Positions 9,694-18,784 of a stretch of DNA of 64,000 bases are shown here, in pieces. Where the stretch lies: NCBI GenBank assembly GCA_964600985.1, contig CAZRJR010000001.1, positions 45,319 through 109,318 on the forward strand. Reading direction: 5' to 3'. The notes under the pieces were generated by a model. The model was not told where the DNA came from. It saw only the letters and a program-made list of their open reading frames with translations, and made no database searches. This DNA is from an uncultured Candidatus Saccharibacteria bacterium (lineage in GTDB: Bacteria > Patescibacteriota > Saccharimonadia > CAILAD01 > JADZBC01). Made by a program: the position numbers and the translations under genes. Position 1 is the first letter of the stretch; each line of letters begins with the position of its first letter.

Positions 9694-10077
9694 ATGGATC
9701 TAATTCAGCAAGGATATGAACAGAAGGGGGCGTGGGGTATCTCTACATCTATAGACTTGTACGGATGTGACGCTGAAAAAATCCGTAATGCCAAAGCTAT
9801 TGAAAATTTTGTGGTTGAGCTCTGTGATCTAATAAAAGTAACGCGGTTTGGTGAGTGTCAGGTTGTTCACTTCGGTGAAAAAGAAGAGATTGCTGGTTTC
9901 TCTATGACACAGCTTATTGAAACATCGCTTGTTTCTGCTCACTTTGCTAATCAAACAAATACAACTTACCTAGATGTTTTTTCTTGTAAATACTATAACC
10001 CGCAAATAGTTGCTGATTTCGCTAAAAAGTATTTTGAAGCCGAGAATTACGCCATGAATTATAATCTAAGAAAGTAG
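9694..10077 (+). CDS. speD: S-adenosylmethionine decarboxylase proenzyme-like protein
   Basis: IDLYGC, HFG..GFSMTQLIETSLVSAHF, YLDVFSCK. Confidence 0.8.
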   Translation: MDLIQQGYEQKGAWGISTSIDLYGCDAEKIRNAKAIENFVVELCDLIKVTRFGECQVVHFGEKEEIAGFSMTQLIETSLVSAHFANQTNTTYLDVFSCKYYNPQIVADFAKKYFEAENYAMNYNLRK

Positions 10078-10083
10078 AATAGT

Positions 10084-11298
10084 ATGAATCCAGAAAGGCC
10101 ATCTTCCATTTCTAGCAAAGAAAAGGGCTCTACTGAGTCAGGGAGAGATATCCAGCCATCTGGGTTTGATTTTGAGGCATATCGGGTTTTGTTGGATCAA
10201 GGTGCCGTCGGTTCTCGTAAAATAGGCCTGATGGATCCAGATATGGCACAACAAGCTTTCCTAGACCAAAGGACTGTACTGGTTAACACTCAAGGAATGT
10301 CCGTACCGGCGATTGTGCCAATTGAATATGTGGAAGGGTGGGATCAGGAGCGAGCACGAAGGATTGCGCAGGAAAACGATAGCGAGGGCCAGGAAGTTTA
10401 CTACTTGGCGTTGTCGGGGGATATGATCGAACAATTTGTGCGGCAGCCCGAAGCACTCGCCGATCTGGCTTCGAAGGCGCGAGAAGGATTGAAGTTGTAC
10501 TTTGAGCATACATTGGCTCAAGACGATAAAGTGGTAGAAAACTTAGGAAGATTATTATCTGCAGCTGGTTTAAGCTGGCACGAATTACCGCTCATGGACT
10601 CCCAGGCACAGGAAGGGAGGGAGCAGGCCTCAATGTCCTTTTACGCTGCCCTAACTCATCACACTAGTGTCGAAACGACACCTCTGGAGCCAATTAGTAT
10701 TTACGAAAGATTTGAACAACTTGTTGCAGAAGGAAAATATGAAAAGTTTCCTGAGAACGGCCCAACTATTCTTGGCACACAAGACTTAGACCAACATCTT
10801 AGAGACCAGCTATGGGATTTATATGAACAAAGATTCCAAGATTTAGGAGAGAATCATCCTATTTCAATGGAGGATAATCGAGATTTCTTTGAACAACTCA
10901 TCGAAACACAAGGTACTACTTTGAGTGTGTACTTCAACGAAGGAAGGCCAGTTGCGTTTATGTTCTTTATGACTAGTCCGGAATCAATTTCTTGGATTAA
11001 TTCTGATTTTATAGAGGAGCATACAAGGGGTGAAGAGCGATTCTTGTTCTTTCCTGGTATCGTGGCACGAGCAGATGGCGTCGGGCATTATGCCGAGCCC
11101 GTTATACAGTTGCCGACTCACGTTATTTCTCAGACCAGCTTAGATTATAGAGTTTGTTTTGAGAGCACAAATCGATCAAGTGGCTATATTCCAAGACTTG
11201 TAGAGGATTATGTAAACGCAACAGCAGAGCTTAGTATCGACCCGCCTGCACCCATTGATACAACATATTATCGATGCTTAGAGGTGAAAGGGGCTTAA
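10084..11298 (+). CDS. Hypothetical acidic protein, possible GNAT-like C-terminus
   Basis: 404 aa ORF 6 nt after speD. C-terminal beta/alpha pattern (PVAFMFF, FFPGIVARADGVG); the fold is an inference. Confidence 0.55.
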   Translation: MNPERPSSISSKEKGSTESGRDIQPSGFDFEAYRVLLDQGAVGSRKIGLMDPDMAQQAFLDQRTVLVNTQGMSVPAIVPIEYVEGWDQERARRIAQENDSEGQEVYYLALSGDMIEQFVRQPEALADLASKAREGLKLYFEHTLAQDDKVVENLGRLLSAAGLSWHELPLMDSQAQEGREQASMSFYAALTHHTSVETTPLEPISIYERFEQLVAEGKYEKFPENGPTILGTQDLDQHLRDQLWDLYEQRFQDLGENHPISMEDNRDFFEQLIETQGTTLSVYFNEGRPVAFMFFMTSPESISWINSDFIEEHTRGEERFLFFPGIVARADGVGHYAEPVIQLPTHVISQTSLDYRVCFESTNRSSGYIPRLVEDYVNATAELSIDPPAPIDTTYYRCLEVKGA

Positions 11299-12221
11299 CG
11301 TACCCAGTTAACGGAGTATTTTTTCAGGAAAGCACTCGGTCTCAATAGTAACTTATGTTGCCTCAGGCCTTCTATACCCAGGTCTTGCTCGAGGTTAACA
11401 TGGGTTAGGCCGTGATCTGCCAGTAGTCCAAGTGCAGAGTAGAATAGATAATCAAATAGATAATTAAATTTATAACTGCACTTAATATGGTGAATTATCG
11501 CATAACCTTTATTCGGTAGTATAGTGGTAATTAAGAAGCCCTCTATTTTGTTGTTAATGTAGAGGCGTAAGACGTGGCAGCCTGCTCCATTCAGTGAAAT
11601 CAATCTTCGTTGCAATGCAATATTTTCAACCTCTTCAGGGTCGTTACCAAATTGATAGGCACTTTTCCAGTTTCTTAAGAGTGATATTAGCTCTTTGCCT
11701 TCTTGCCCGCCAGTCAGTTTAGTAAATGTTGTCTTGATGTTTTTTTCATAACTCTTTTTGAATGAGTTAATTTGATATCGAAGTCTTTTATATTCAGGAC
11801 CACCCAGGCTTAAAAAAGTTGGGATATGATATACGTAGTCCCAATTGTCCCTGTTTTCAGTAATAGATATAAAGTCCAAATCTATTTCGTGCATAAGACA
11901 TTCTGGCAGCATTGTTAGCATGTATGTAGATGGAGCGTTACCGATTAGCTTTTGTATGGTTTCGTTTGCTAAAGAACTTCCAAGTATACTGATGCTTGGC
12001 TCAAGCGGATTGTTGCTGAATATGTCCGTAAATTTAAAAATGACATTGTTGTTGAGCTGAGCAATCACTAAATCGTCATTTATGTTGAGCCACGTCATGA
12101 GATTTGCGAAACAGAAGTCTGCGTATGGATCAAATTTTTCGTAGAATTCTACATACCACTGACTGTCTGTGGTATCAATCGATCTGAAAGAAGGGAACAG
12201 AGGTAGGTTTCCGGGTAACAT
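11295..12221 (-). CDS. DUF2156 / phosphatidylglycerol lysyltransferase-domain protein
   Basis: DFCFANLMTW, RDNWDYVY..L.GPEYKRLRYQINSF, VNLEQDLGIEGLRQHKLLLRP. Confidence 0.8.
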   Translation of the reverse strand: MLPGNLPLFPSFRSIDTTDSQWYVEFYEKFDPYADFCFANLMTWLNINDDLVIAQLNNNVIFKFTDIFSNNPLEPSISILGSSLANETIQKLIGNAPSTYMLTMLPECLMHEIDLDFISITENRDNWDYVYHIPTFLSLGGPEYKRLRYQINSFKKSYEKNIKTTFTKLTGGQEGKELISLLRNWKSAYQFGNDPEEVENIALQRRLISLNGAGCHVLRLYINNKIEGFLITTILPNKGYAIIHHIKCSYKFNYLFDYLFYSALGLLADHGLTHVNLEQDLGIEGLRQHKLLLRPSAFLKKYSVNWVR

Positions 12222-12300
12222 ATATAGGCAAGCATAGCACAACTCTACTCCTGTCGCTATTTAATAAGAAAAAGCTTAACTTCTTTGCTATACTTATGCT

Positions 12301-14580
12301 ATGTATATAGGCCAAGCACTCATATATGTGCCGATCGTCATCGGGGTATTTATTATTGCCTCTCTTACATATTTTCGTAGAGCAACGAACGGCCTTTTTA
12401 TGTTTTCAGTTTTTAGTCTTGTTATAGGCTGCTGGATTGGCGTACAGGGGTTAGCTCAACTCAATACATCGACAGCTAACAACTTAATGTTTATACGAGC
12501 TTCAAGCGCATTTTCTGTTTTGATTGGACTTACATTCTACTTATTTATCTTTTCTTATCTAAAGACTCCACGTAATAAAATACTAGATATTCTTATCTTC
12601 TCATCATCTTTAGTGTTTTTCGGACTAAATTGCACCGGTGTAATGATTCAAAAGGTCGAGGTTACTTCAGCAGGAATATCGGTAACAGAAGCCTCAAGCC
12701 TATACACCGCTCAGTTGATTTTTGTGGGCTTGTTGGTAATCGGGAGTCTTATAAAGCTCTTTCGCATGGCGCGCAAAGAAACTAAGGTAAATAGATTTAA
12801 GAATTACCTTATGATATTCGCTTTCGTTCAAGCGGTAGTTTTTTCTGTTGGGGCAACAATCTTTTTCCCTACTCTCGCTATCAGTCAATATGCAATCGTG
12901 GGGTCTATTTTCCTCATGGTCCTTATTATTGCGTATGCAATCATTAGACATAAGCTGTTTGATATTCGAGCTGTTGTTGCGAGAGCCCTCACTTATTTAC
13001 TTGTAATTGTCACAATATCCATTACCTATGGCTTACTGGCATTTGTACTTGTCGGTGGTTTAATCTTTAAAGACAGTCAGTTGAGCCTTGCACAGCAAGC
13101 CTTCTATGCCATTTTGGCCGTCATCTTGGCCTTTACCTTCCAGCCAATTCGCCGGTTCTTTGAGCGTGTGACCGACAAGATATTTTACCGTGACAAATAC
13201 GATCCGCAACAGCTTATAAATGCAGTGGGGCGTATACTCACAGCCGAGATTCGCCTAAATGTGCTAACAAAAGAAGTAACTAAGGTGATTGAGCAGCAAA
13301 TGCGCGTGGGTAAGGTGGACATCGTGGTGGTAAATGACAAGAATATATACTACCAAGCGCGGGTGTTGCGTGGCGATAGTAGCGAACTGGAGCTTAAGGA
13401 TCTGCAGGAGCTAGGCAAACCCATGCTGGTGGCAGACGATATGAGCACGGGCGATCGCAAAGATATTATGGACAAGTATGGCTTGCGGGTAAGTATAACC
13501 TTGCGTACCTCAGAGGAGTTCGTGGGCTACTTACTCCTGGGGGAAAAGCTCAGTGGCGATATATACAATGAGCAAGATCTAGCAGTGCTGCGAATTATTG
13601 CCAACGAGCTCGCAGTGGCGGTGCAAAACGCCAAGGCCTATACCGAAATTCAACAGTTCAACAAAACCCTGCAAGCCAAAGTGGTCTCAGCCACACGTAA
13701 GTTACGACGGGCTAATGAAGACCTCAAGGAGCTCGACCAGGCTAAGGATGAGTTTATATCGATGGCGTCGCACCAGCTGCGTACGCCGCTCACTACCGCT
13801 AAAGGCTACGTAAGCATGGTGCTCGAGGGTGACTTTGGTAAAATTGCCCCGGCTATGAAGGAGCCACTCACGCAGGCGCTCGACAGCGCGAACCGTATGG
13901 CTGGGTTGGTAAGTGATTTGCTCAACGTCAGTCGTATGGAGGCCGGCCGATTCTTTATAGATCCAACGGACGTGGATCTAAATACCGAAGTGCCAGCGGA
14001 GCTTAACCAGCTGCAGACCATGGCTGATTCTAAGAGTGTAAAGCTTATTTATCATAAGCCAGCTAAACCAGTACCAATGATGAAGCTGGATTTAGATAAA
14101 ACACGCCAGGTGATTATGAACCTAGCCGACAATGCTATTCACTACAGTGCACCACCAAACGGTGGCGGCAAGGTAGAGGTAAGCTTGGAGCTCGATGGCA
14201 AAGACATTGTGTTTAAGGTAGTGGATAATGGTATTGGTGTGCCAGAAGCTCAGCAGAAGAAATTGTTTAAAAAGTTCTTCCGGGCGGCGAATGCGCAAAA
14301 CACCCGCCCGGACGGAACCGGGCTAGGACTTTACTTAGTGAAGCGAGTGGTAGAGGATCAGGGTGGCGAATTAGTGTTTGAAAGTACTGAGGGTAAGGGC
14401 TCAACCTTCGGCTTTAGGATGCCCGTGCATAATAAAATTCACCCTAACTCTAAGGCAGCTCAAAAATTAGCTGGGAACGAGACGCAGCTGAGCCCAAGTA
14501 GTAAGGCTGAGCTACAGCCAGAACCAATGGAGGCTAAGTCGGCCAAAGTGTCGATTGCCACTAAGTCCAAGACTAAATAA
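12301..14580 (+). CDS. Sensor histidine kinase with N-terminal 7TM region and GAF-like domain
   Basis: Multiple TMs, YAIIRHKLFDI, DEFISMASHQLRTPL H-box, NLADNAIHYS, DNGIG, GTGLGL. Confidence 0.93.
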   Translation: MYIGQALIYVPIVIGVFIIASLTYFRRATNGLFMFSVFSLVIGCWIGVQGLAQLNTSTANNLMFIRASSAFSVLIGLTFYLFIFSYLKTPRNKILDILIFSSSLVFFGLNCTGVMIQKVEVTSAGISVTEASSLYTAQLIFVGLLVIGSLIKLFRMARKETKVNRFKNYLMIFAFVQAVVFSVGATIFFPTLAISQYAIVGSIFLMVLIIAYAIIRHKLFDIRAVVARALTYLLVIVTISITYGLLAFVLVGGLIFKDSQLSLAQQAFYAILAVILAFTFQPIRRFFERVTDKIFYRDKYDPQQLINAVGRILTAEIRLNVLTKEVTKVIEQQMRVGKVDIVVVNDKNIYYQARVLRGDSSELELKDLQELGKPMLVADDMSTGDRKDIMDKYGLRVSITLRTSEEFVGYLLLGEKLSGDIYNEQDLAVLRIIANELAVAVQNAKAYTEIQQFNKTLQAKVVSATRKLRRANEDLKELDQAKDEFISMASHQLRTPLTTAKGYVSMVLEGDFGKIAPAMKEPLTQALDSANRMAGLVSDLLNVSRMEAGRFFIDPTDVDLNTEVPAELNQLQTMADSKSVKLIYHKPAKPVPMMKLDLDKTRQVIMNLADNAIHYSAPPNGGGKVEVSLELDGKDIVFKVVDNGIGVPEAQQKKLFKKFFRAANAQNTRPDGTGLGLYLVKRVVEDQGGELVFESTEGKGSTFGFRMPVHNKIHPNSKAAQKLAGNETQLSPSSKAELQPEPMEAKSAKVSIATKSKTK

Positions 14581-14649
14581 CTCTATGACCAGTGTGCATT
14601 GTGCTTACGCAGCACTGGCGTTAAACTAGAACCAAATACGGAGGGTGTT

Positions 14650-14820
14650 ATGCTGGCTTACTTTGTAGTCTCATTTGTAGTTTGCCTCGGTGTATCGAGC
14701 GCGATCATGTTGGCGGCGGATCGTAAACAGCACGTGGCAGCTACTGCCTCTTGGCTGGGCGTGGTAGTATTTTCGTTACTTGTAGCAGCTGCGCTGTCAC
14801 TTCTCAATATTGGTCGCTAA
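14650..14820 (+). CDS. Small two-TM membrane protein
   Basis: GGAGG at 14640-14644 before the ATG; two hydrophobic helices. Confidence 0.55.
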   Translation: MLAYFVVSFVVCLGVSSAIMLAADRKQHVAATASWLGVVVFSLLVAAALSLLNIGR

Positions 14821-14863
14821 GGGGTAATGGCCAGCTTGGTGTGAAAGTGCTAGACTAAGGGTT

Positions 14864-16042
14864 ATGAATAAACTCATTTCGGTTCGAAATGTAAACGTAC
14901 ATGGCAAGCGCGTGTTCTTGCGGGTGGATTTTAACGTGCCCATGGAAGGCGCCAAGATTACTGACGATCGCCGCATCGATGCTGCGGTACCTACCATAGA
15001 ATATTTGCTCGACCAGGGTGCGAGCATAATTATAGCGAGCCACTTGGGTAGGCCAGATGGCAAAGTGGTACCAGAGCTTAGTCTGGAGCCGATTGCTGCT
15101 AAGCTCGCCGAGGTGCTAGACAGAAAGGTAGAGTTTGTAGCCGAAGCAGTCGGGCCTAGCGTGCACGAGCAGGCTAGTAAACTCAAACCCGGGCAAATAC
15201 TTATGCTCGAGAACCTACGTTTTTACCCCGACGAAGAAGCTAACGGCATGGAGTTTGCTCGTGAATTAGCAAGTCTCGCCGACGTGTATGTAGATGATGC
15301 TTTTGCTTGTGTGCACAGGGCCCACGCCTCGATTGTAGGCGTGGCGGCCTTACTGCCACATGCGGCTGGGTTCTTGGTCGAAGAAGAATTCCATACATTA
15401 CATGGTTTGCTCGAGAAGCCCGAACACCCGTTCGTGGCAATCATTGGTGGGGCTAAGGTAGCTGATAAGTTTGAACTTTTAGACAACCTTCTTGGTTTGG
15501 TTGATAGTATTGTGATTGGTGGTGCGATGGCCAATACGTTTTTAATCGCGCAAGGCTATGGAGTGGGTAAGAGTGTAGCCGAACCAGAGCTCAAAGACAA
15601 AGTGACTACATTTATTACTAAGGCTGCTAAGCACGAGGTAGAGTTGGTATTACCAACCGACGTAGTGGTTAGCAAATCGCTTGACAGTAAAGAGGCCAAA
15701 ACGGTGACTGTGGACGATATTGAGGGCGATGATATGGCGCTTGATTTGGGGCCAAAGACTACGGAGGCAATTAAGAAAGTTATAGCGTCGAGCAAAACGG
15801 TGTTTTGGAATGGGCCACTTGGCTATACGGAAAACGAAGCCTTTGTTGCTAGTTCGAGCGCTGTGGCTGAAGCCATTATTACTTCTGGAACCCACTCAAT
15901 CATTGGTGGTGGGGACACATCTGGGTTCTTGGATCAATACAGTAAGCCCGATAAGTTTGGGTTTATTTCTACCGGCGGTGGGGCTAGCTTGGAGCTCTTG
16001 GCCGGCAAAGAACTACCTGGGATTGCAGCACTCCAGAAGTAA
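14864..16042 (+). CDS. pgk: Phosphoglycerate kinase
   Basis: RVDFNVP, SHLGRP, LENLRF, GGAKV, WNGPLG, GGGDT, STGGGASLE. Confidence 0.97.
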   Translation: MNKLISVRNVNVHGKRVFLRVDFNVPMEGAKITDDRRIDAAVPTIEYLLDQGASIIIASHLGRPDGKVVPELSLEPIAAKLAEVLDRKVEFVAEAVGPSVHEQASKLKPGQILMLENLRFYPDEEANGMEFARELASLADVYVDDAFACVHRAHASIVGVAALLPHAAGFLVEEEFHTLHGLLEKPEHPFVAIIGGAKVADKFELLDNLLGLVDSIVIGGAMANTFLIAQGYGVGKSVAEPELKDKVTTFITKAAKHEVELVLPTDVVVSKSLDSKEAKTVTVDDIEGDDMALDLGPKTTEAIKKVIASSKTVFWNGPLGYTENEAFVASSSAVAEAIITSGTHSIIGGGDTSGFLDQYSKPDKFGFISTGGGASLELLAGKELPGIAALQK

Positions 16043-16131
16043 TCCATCTTCATCTTGTAGCTAATCCCGACTTTGGAGTTGGAGATATTATGCTCATCAT
16101 CCCGAGCCTTCTTCGTCACCCTACCCTCCGT

Positions 16132-16158
16132 GTCATTCCGGCGTAGGCCGGAATCCAG
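16132..16158. repeat. REP-like palindrome
   Basis: gtcattccggcgtaggccggaatccag matches the GTCATTCC..GGAATCCAG extragenic palindrome type. Confidence 0.7.
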
Positions 16159-16228
16159 TCCTTAAATAATCTTTACTTTTGAAGATACCAAAAGTAAACA
16201 AAAGTATTTCCGACCTACTGGTTCGCAT

Positions 16229-16358
16229 ACGAGGTGCGTTCGTTCGTCTATACCCCAGAATGTCGTGCCCACTGCAAGTTTGAGTACTCTCGTGGCTCAC
16301 TCCGTCTGGATTATAGACTCCTCACTACCTGATGCCCCACGGTCAAGGCGGGGCAGGT
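16229..16358. ncRNA. Candidate structured RNA / long imperfect hairpin (6S-like possible)
   Basis: Nested pairings gtctata/tatagac, ccaga/tctgg and gtgcccac/gtggctcac in the convergent intergenic region. Confidence 0.3.
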
Positions 16359-16360
16359 GG

Positions 16361-17722
16361 CTACGGTAGTGCGTAAGTATTACGAATGCGGTGTAGCGCA
16401 AAGATATTACCCAGTGACTGATCGCTACCCGGCACGGTGCTAACCGCAGTGCTAAAGCCAGCTTGCTGGGCTGCGGTAATCGACACCGTATTGTATGAGC
16501 CATACGGGTAGGCAAGTGTAGTAATGCTCAGTCCAAGCTCTTGTTCGAGGCGCTGTTTCGAAGTGGTAATTTGATATACTTGATCGCCGGCGCTGAGCCC
16601 GGCGAGCGCCAGGTGGTCTATCGTGTGGGCACCAATCTCGATTAGTTCGCTGGCCACTAGGCCGCGCACCTCGTCCCAATTCATGTATGAGTCTCCGCAG
16701 GCCAAGCCGGGTGTGCGCTCTATGCCAATGCAGTACTTACTCTTCTCGCCACCGATAATAAGGTAGTAGGTGGCGCGCATTTGGTACTTTTGCAGGATGC
16801 TGAGCGCGCGCAGTTGGTCGCTATAACCATCGTCAAATGTTATCACTAATGGCTTGGGCGGCAGGGTGCAGGTTTTACGTAAGCCGCATGCTACCTGGGC
16901 CATGGTAATGGTGGTGTAACCACGCTTTTGTATAATCTGGAGTTGAGACTCGAAGTCGGTCGGCGTTTTATGATACATAACGATCGGGATAAACGTAGTG
17001 TCATGCACAGGTGCAGCAGCTTGGGCGGCTCCGGCATGCTTTGCTTGCTTGGCTTTTGCCTCAGCGAGCTCTGCAATTTTCTGATCCACGAAGGCATTGT
17101 CGGCGCCTAGTTTGCTTTGGAGTGCAGTAAGTCGCCATATAGCCTCGACCGGTTGAGCTGTAGCGAAGAGCCAATTAATGTGGTCAAGTTCATCGCTGGC
17201 GTTATAAAGCCCAGCAATAATAATGCCGTGTGCTACCTGTTCATCGGCAATGCTATGCTCAGTTAGGCTTGCCTGCTTGTAGTCCTCATAGAGGGTACTC
17301 ACGGCACTAGTGGTTTGTGCAGTACCGGGCTGAAGCACGAAAAAGTTGTGGTGCCAGCGGTGTAATCCAAATGCAATAAGCGCTGTAAGACTCGTAGCTA
17401 ATACAATGCCCCTAAAAACTGCAGTGCTAAAATATTTGCGAGGCTCCTTAGTAGATAATTGTAGAGTAGTCTCTGGTTCGGTCTGAGGTATAACGTGCTC
17501 TATGGGTTCGCCCGAGCGCACGCTTTGGGCTTCCGCCAGCTCAACTGGTGGAGTAGTAGTGATCTCTTGAGTATTCGTGAGATCTGCTTGGACCAACTCC
17601 TGGGTGTTAGGATTAACCTCTGATGGTATAGCCTCGATTTCTAAACGAGGTTTTGCGCGGTATACGGCCTTTTTGCGCGCTTTGGTTTTGCGTGATGAAT
17701 GAGTTCTTTTCGATTTTGCCAT
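16361..17722 (-). CDS. Membrane-anchored polysaccharide deacetylase (NodB)
   Basis: PIVMYH, ITFDDGY, IGAHTIDH, LAYPYG; one TM. Confidence 0.9.
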   Translation of the reverse strand: MAKSKRTHSSRKTKARKKAVYRAKPRLEIEAIPSEVNPNTQELVQADLTNTQEITTTPPVELAEAQSVRSGEPIEHVIPQTEPETTLQLSTKEPRKYFSTAVFRGIVLATSLTALIAFGLHRWHHNFFVLQPGTAQTTSAVSTLYEDYKQASLTEHSIADEQVAHGIIIAGLYNASDELDHINWLFATAQPVEAIWRLTALQSKLGADNAFVDQKIAELAEAKAKQAKHAGAAQAAAPVHDTTFIPIVMYHKTPTDFESQLQIIQKRGYTTITMAQVACGLRKTCTLPPKPLVITFDDGYSDQLRALSILQKYQMRATYYLIIGGEKSKYCIGIERTPGLACGDSYMNWDEVRGLVASELIEIGAHTIDHLALAGLSAGDQVYQITTSKQRLEQELGLSITTLAYPYGSYNTVSITAAQQAGFSTAVSTVPGSDQSLGNIFALHRIRNTYALP

Positions 17723-17791
17723 AGCCAGGGGTTAATGCATGTAACTTATATAGTTTAGCAAACTATTGCCCGGGCGCGTAGGCTACAGACG

Positions 17792-18694
17792 TTATTGCGG
17801 CTTGCCGTATATATAGCCAAAGCTTGTGGCTGGCACCCAACGCTGGCTGACTCGGTTCCAGCCAGCAAAGTTCATTTCGCTAATGAGCACGCTATTGCCT
17901 TCTATACGCTCCACGTAGGCGACGTGACCGTACCAGCCAGCCGGTGTCCAGGCAATTGCACCTGGCACAGGGATATTGCCTGTTAGCCAACCTTCGGCCT
18001 TGGCGTGCGCCATCCAGTCGCGGGCATTGCCCCAGCGGGCTCCGGTAGGTCGTCGGCTAGCTACGTAGTAGGTGCATTGGCCGTAGGCGTAGCCACCGGT
18101 TGCGTAGTATTGAAGTTGCGCCGGTGGTGATGATTTGGAACGAAATGCAGGTAGAGCGGCTGTATCCACTGTGGTTGTAGTAGTGCTGGTTGGCTCGGAC
18201 TTGGTTGGTATGTCCTCCGGTTTGGTTTCGGCCGAGGTTCTGGCGGCATCTTCCTTGGCCTGAGTTGGGCTTGAGTTAGTTGCTAGTTTGGATGATTCAG
18301 GAGGGTTAGCTTTGGCCGGTTCCTGCTCACCACCTACCATAGCTACAATGCCTGTGGGTACCGTGGCAACTTCTTGCCCTACATTTGCAACGGCGCTAGC
18401 CATGGCTAAGTCTCGCGCTACCACGTGACTCTGAGCTTGCTCCAGTACGGCAACTACCCGGGCGTTAAAGCTGTTGCTGGCCGCATTGGCGCGCTGGCTG
18501 AATTGAGTGGCGGTAGCAATCACTTCCTTGCCAAACATGGGCAAGCCCCGTTCGCCATAGTTATAAACTAAGCTGCTTGCTCGTAATACTATAGCACTGG
18601 CGCTCGCTACTAGTGCTAATAGTAAGGCAGACTTGAGCGCATGCTTGCGCTGGCGAGCCTTGGCGCGCGCTGCATCCCTCTGCTGTAAGTGCAT
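17792..18694 (-). CDS. CHAP-domain peptidoglycan hydrolase
   Basis: YAYGQCTYYV..WGNARDW..YGHVAYVE..ISEMN. Confidence 0.9.
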   Translation of the reverse strand: MHLQQRDAARAKARQRKHALKSALLLALVASASAIVLRASSLVYNYGERGLPMFGKEVIATATQFSQRANAASNSFNARVVAVLEQAQSHVVARDLAMASAVANVGQEVATVPTGIVAMVGGEQEPAKANPPESSKLATNSSPTQAKEDAARTSAETKPEDIPTKSEPTSTTTTTVDTAALPAFRSKSSPPAQLQYYATGGYAYGQCTYYVASRRPTGARWGNARDWMAHAKAEGWLTGNIPVPGAIAWTPAGWYGHVAYVERIEGNSVLISEMNFAGWNRVSQRWVPATSFGYIYGKPQ

Positions 18695-18784
18695 GGTATA
18701 AGTATTGATAGCGTTTTCTCCGATAGATCATCGTACCTTATCTGGCAAGCTGATTTCAAGCATAACTACGAACAAAATTCGGTA

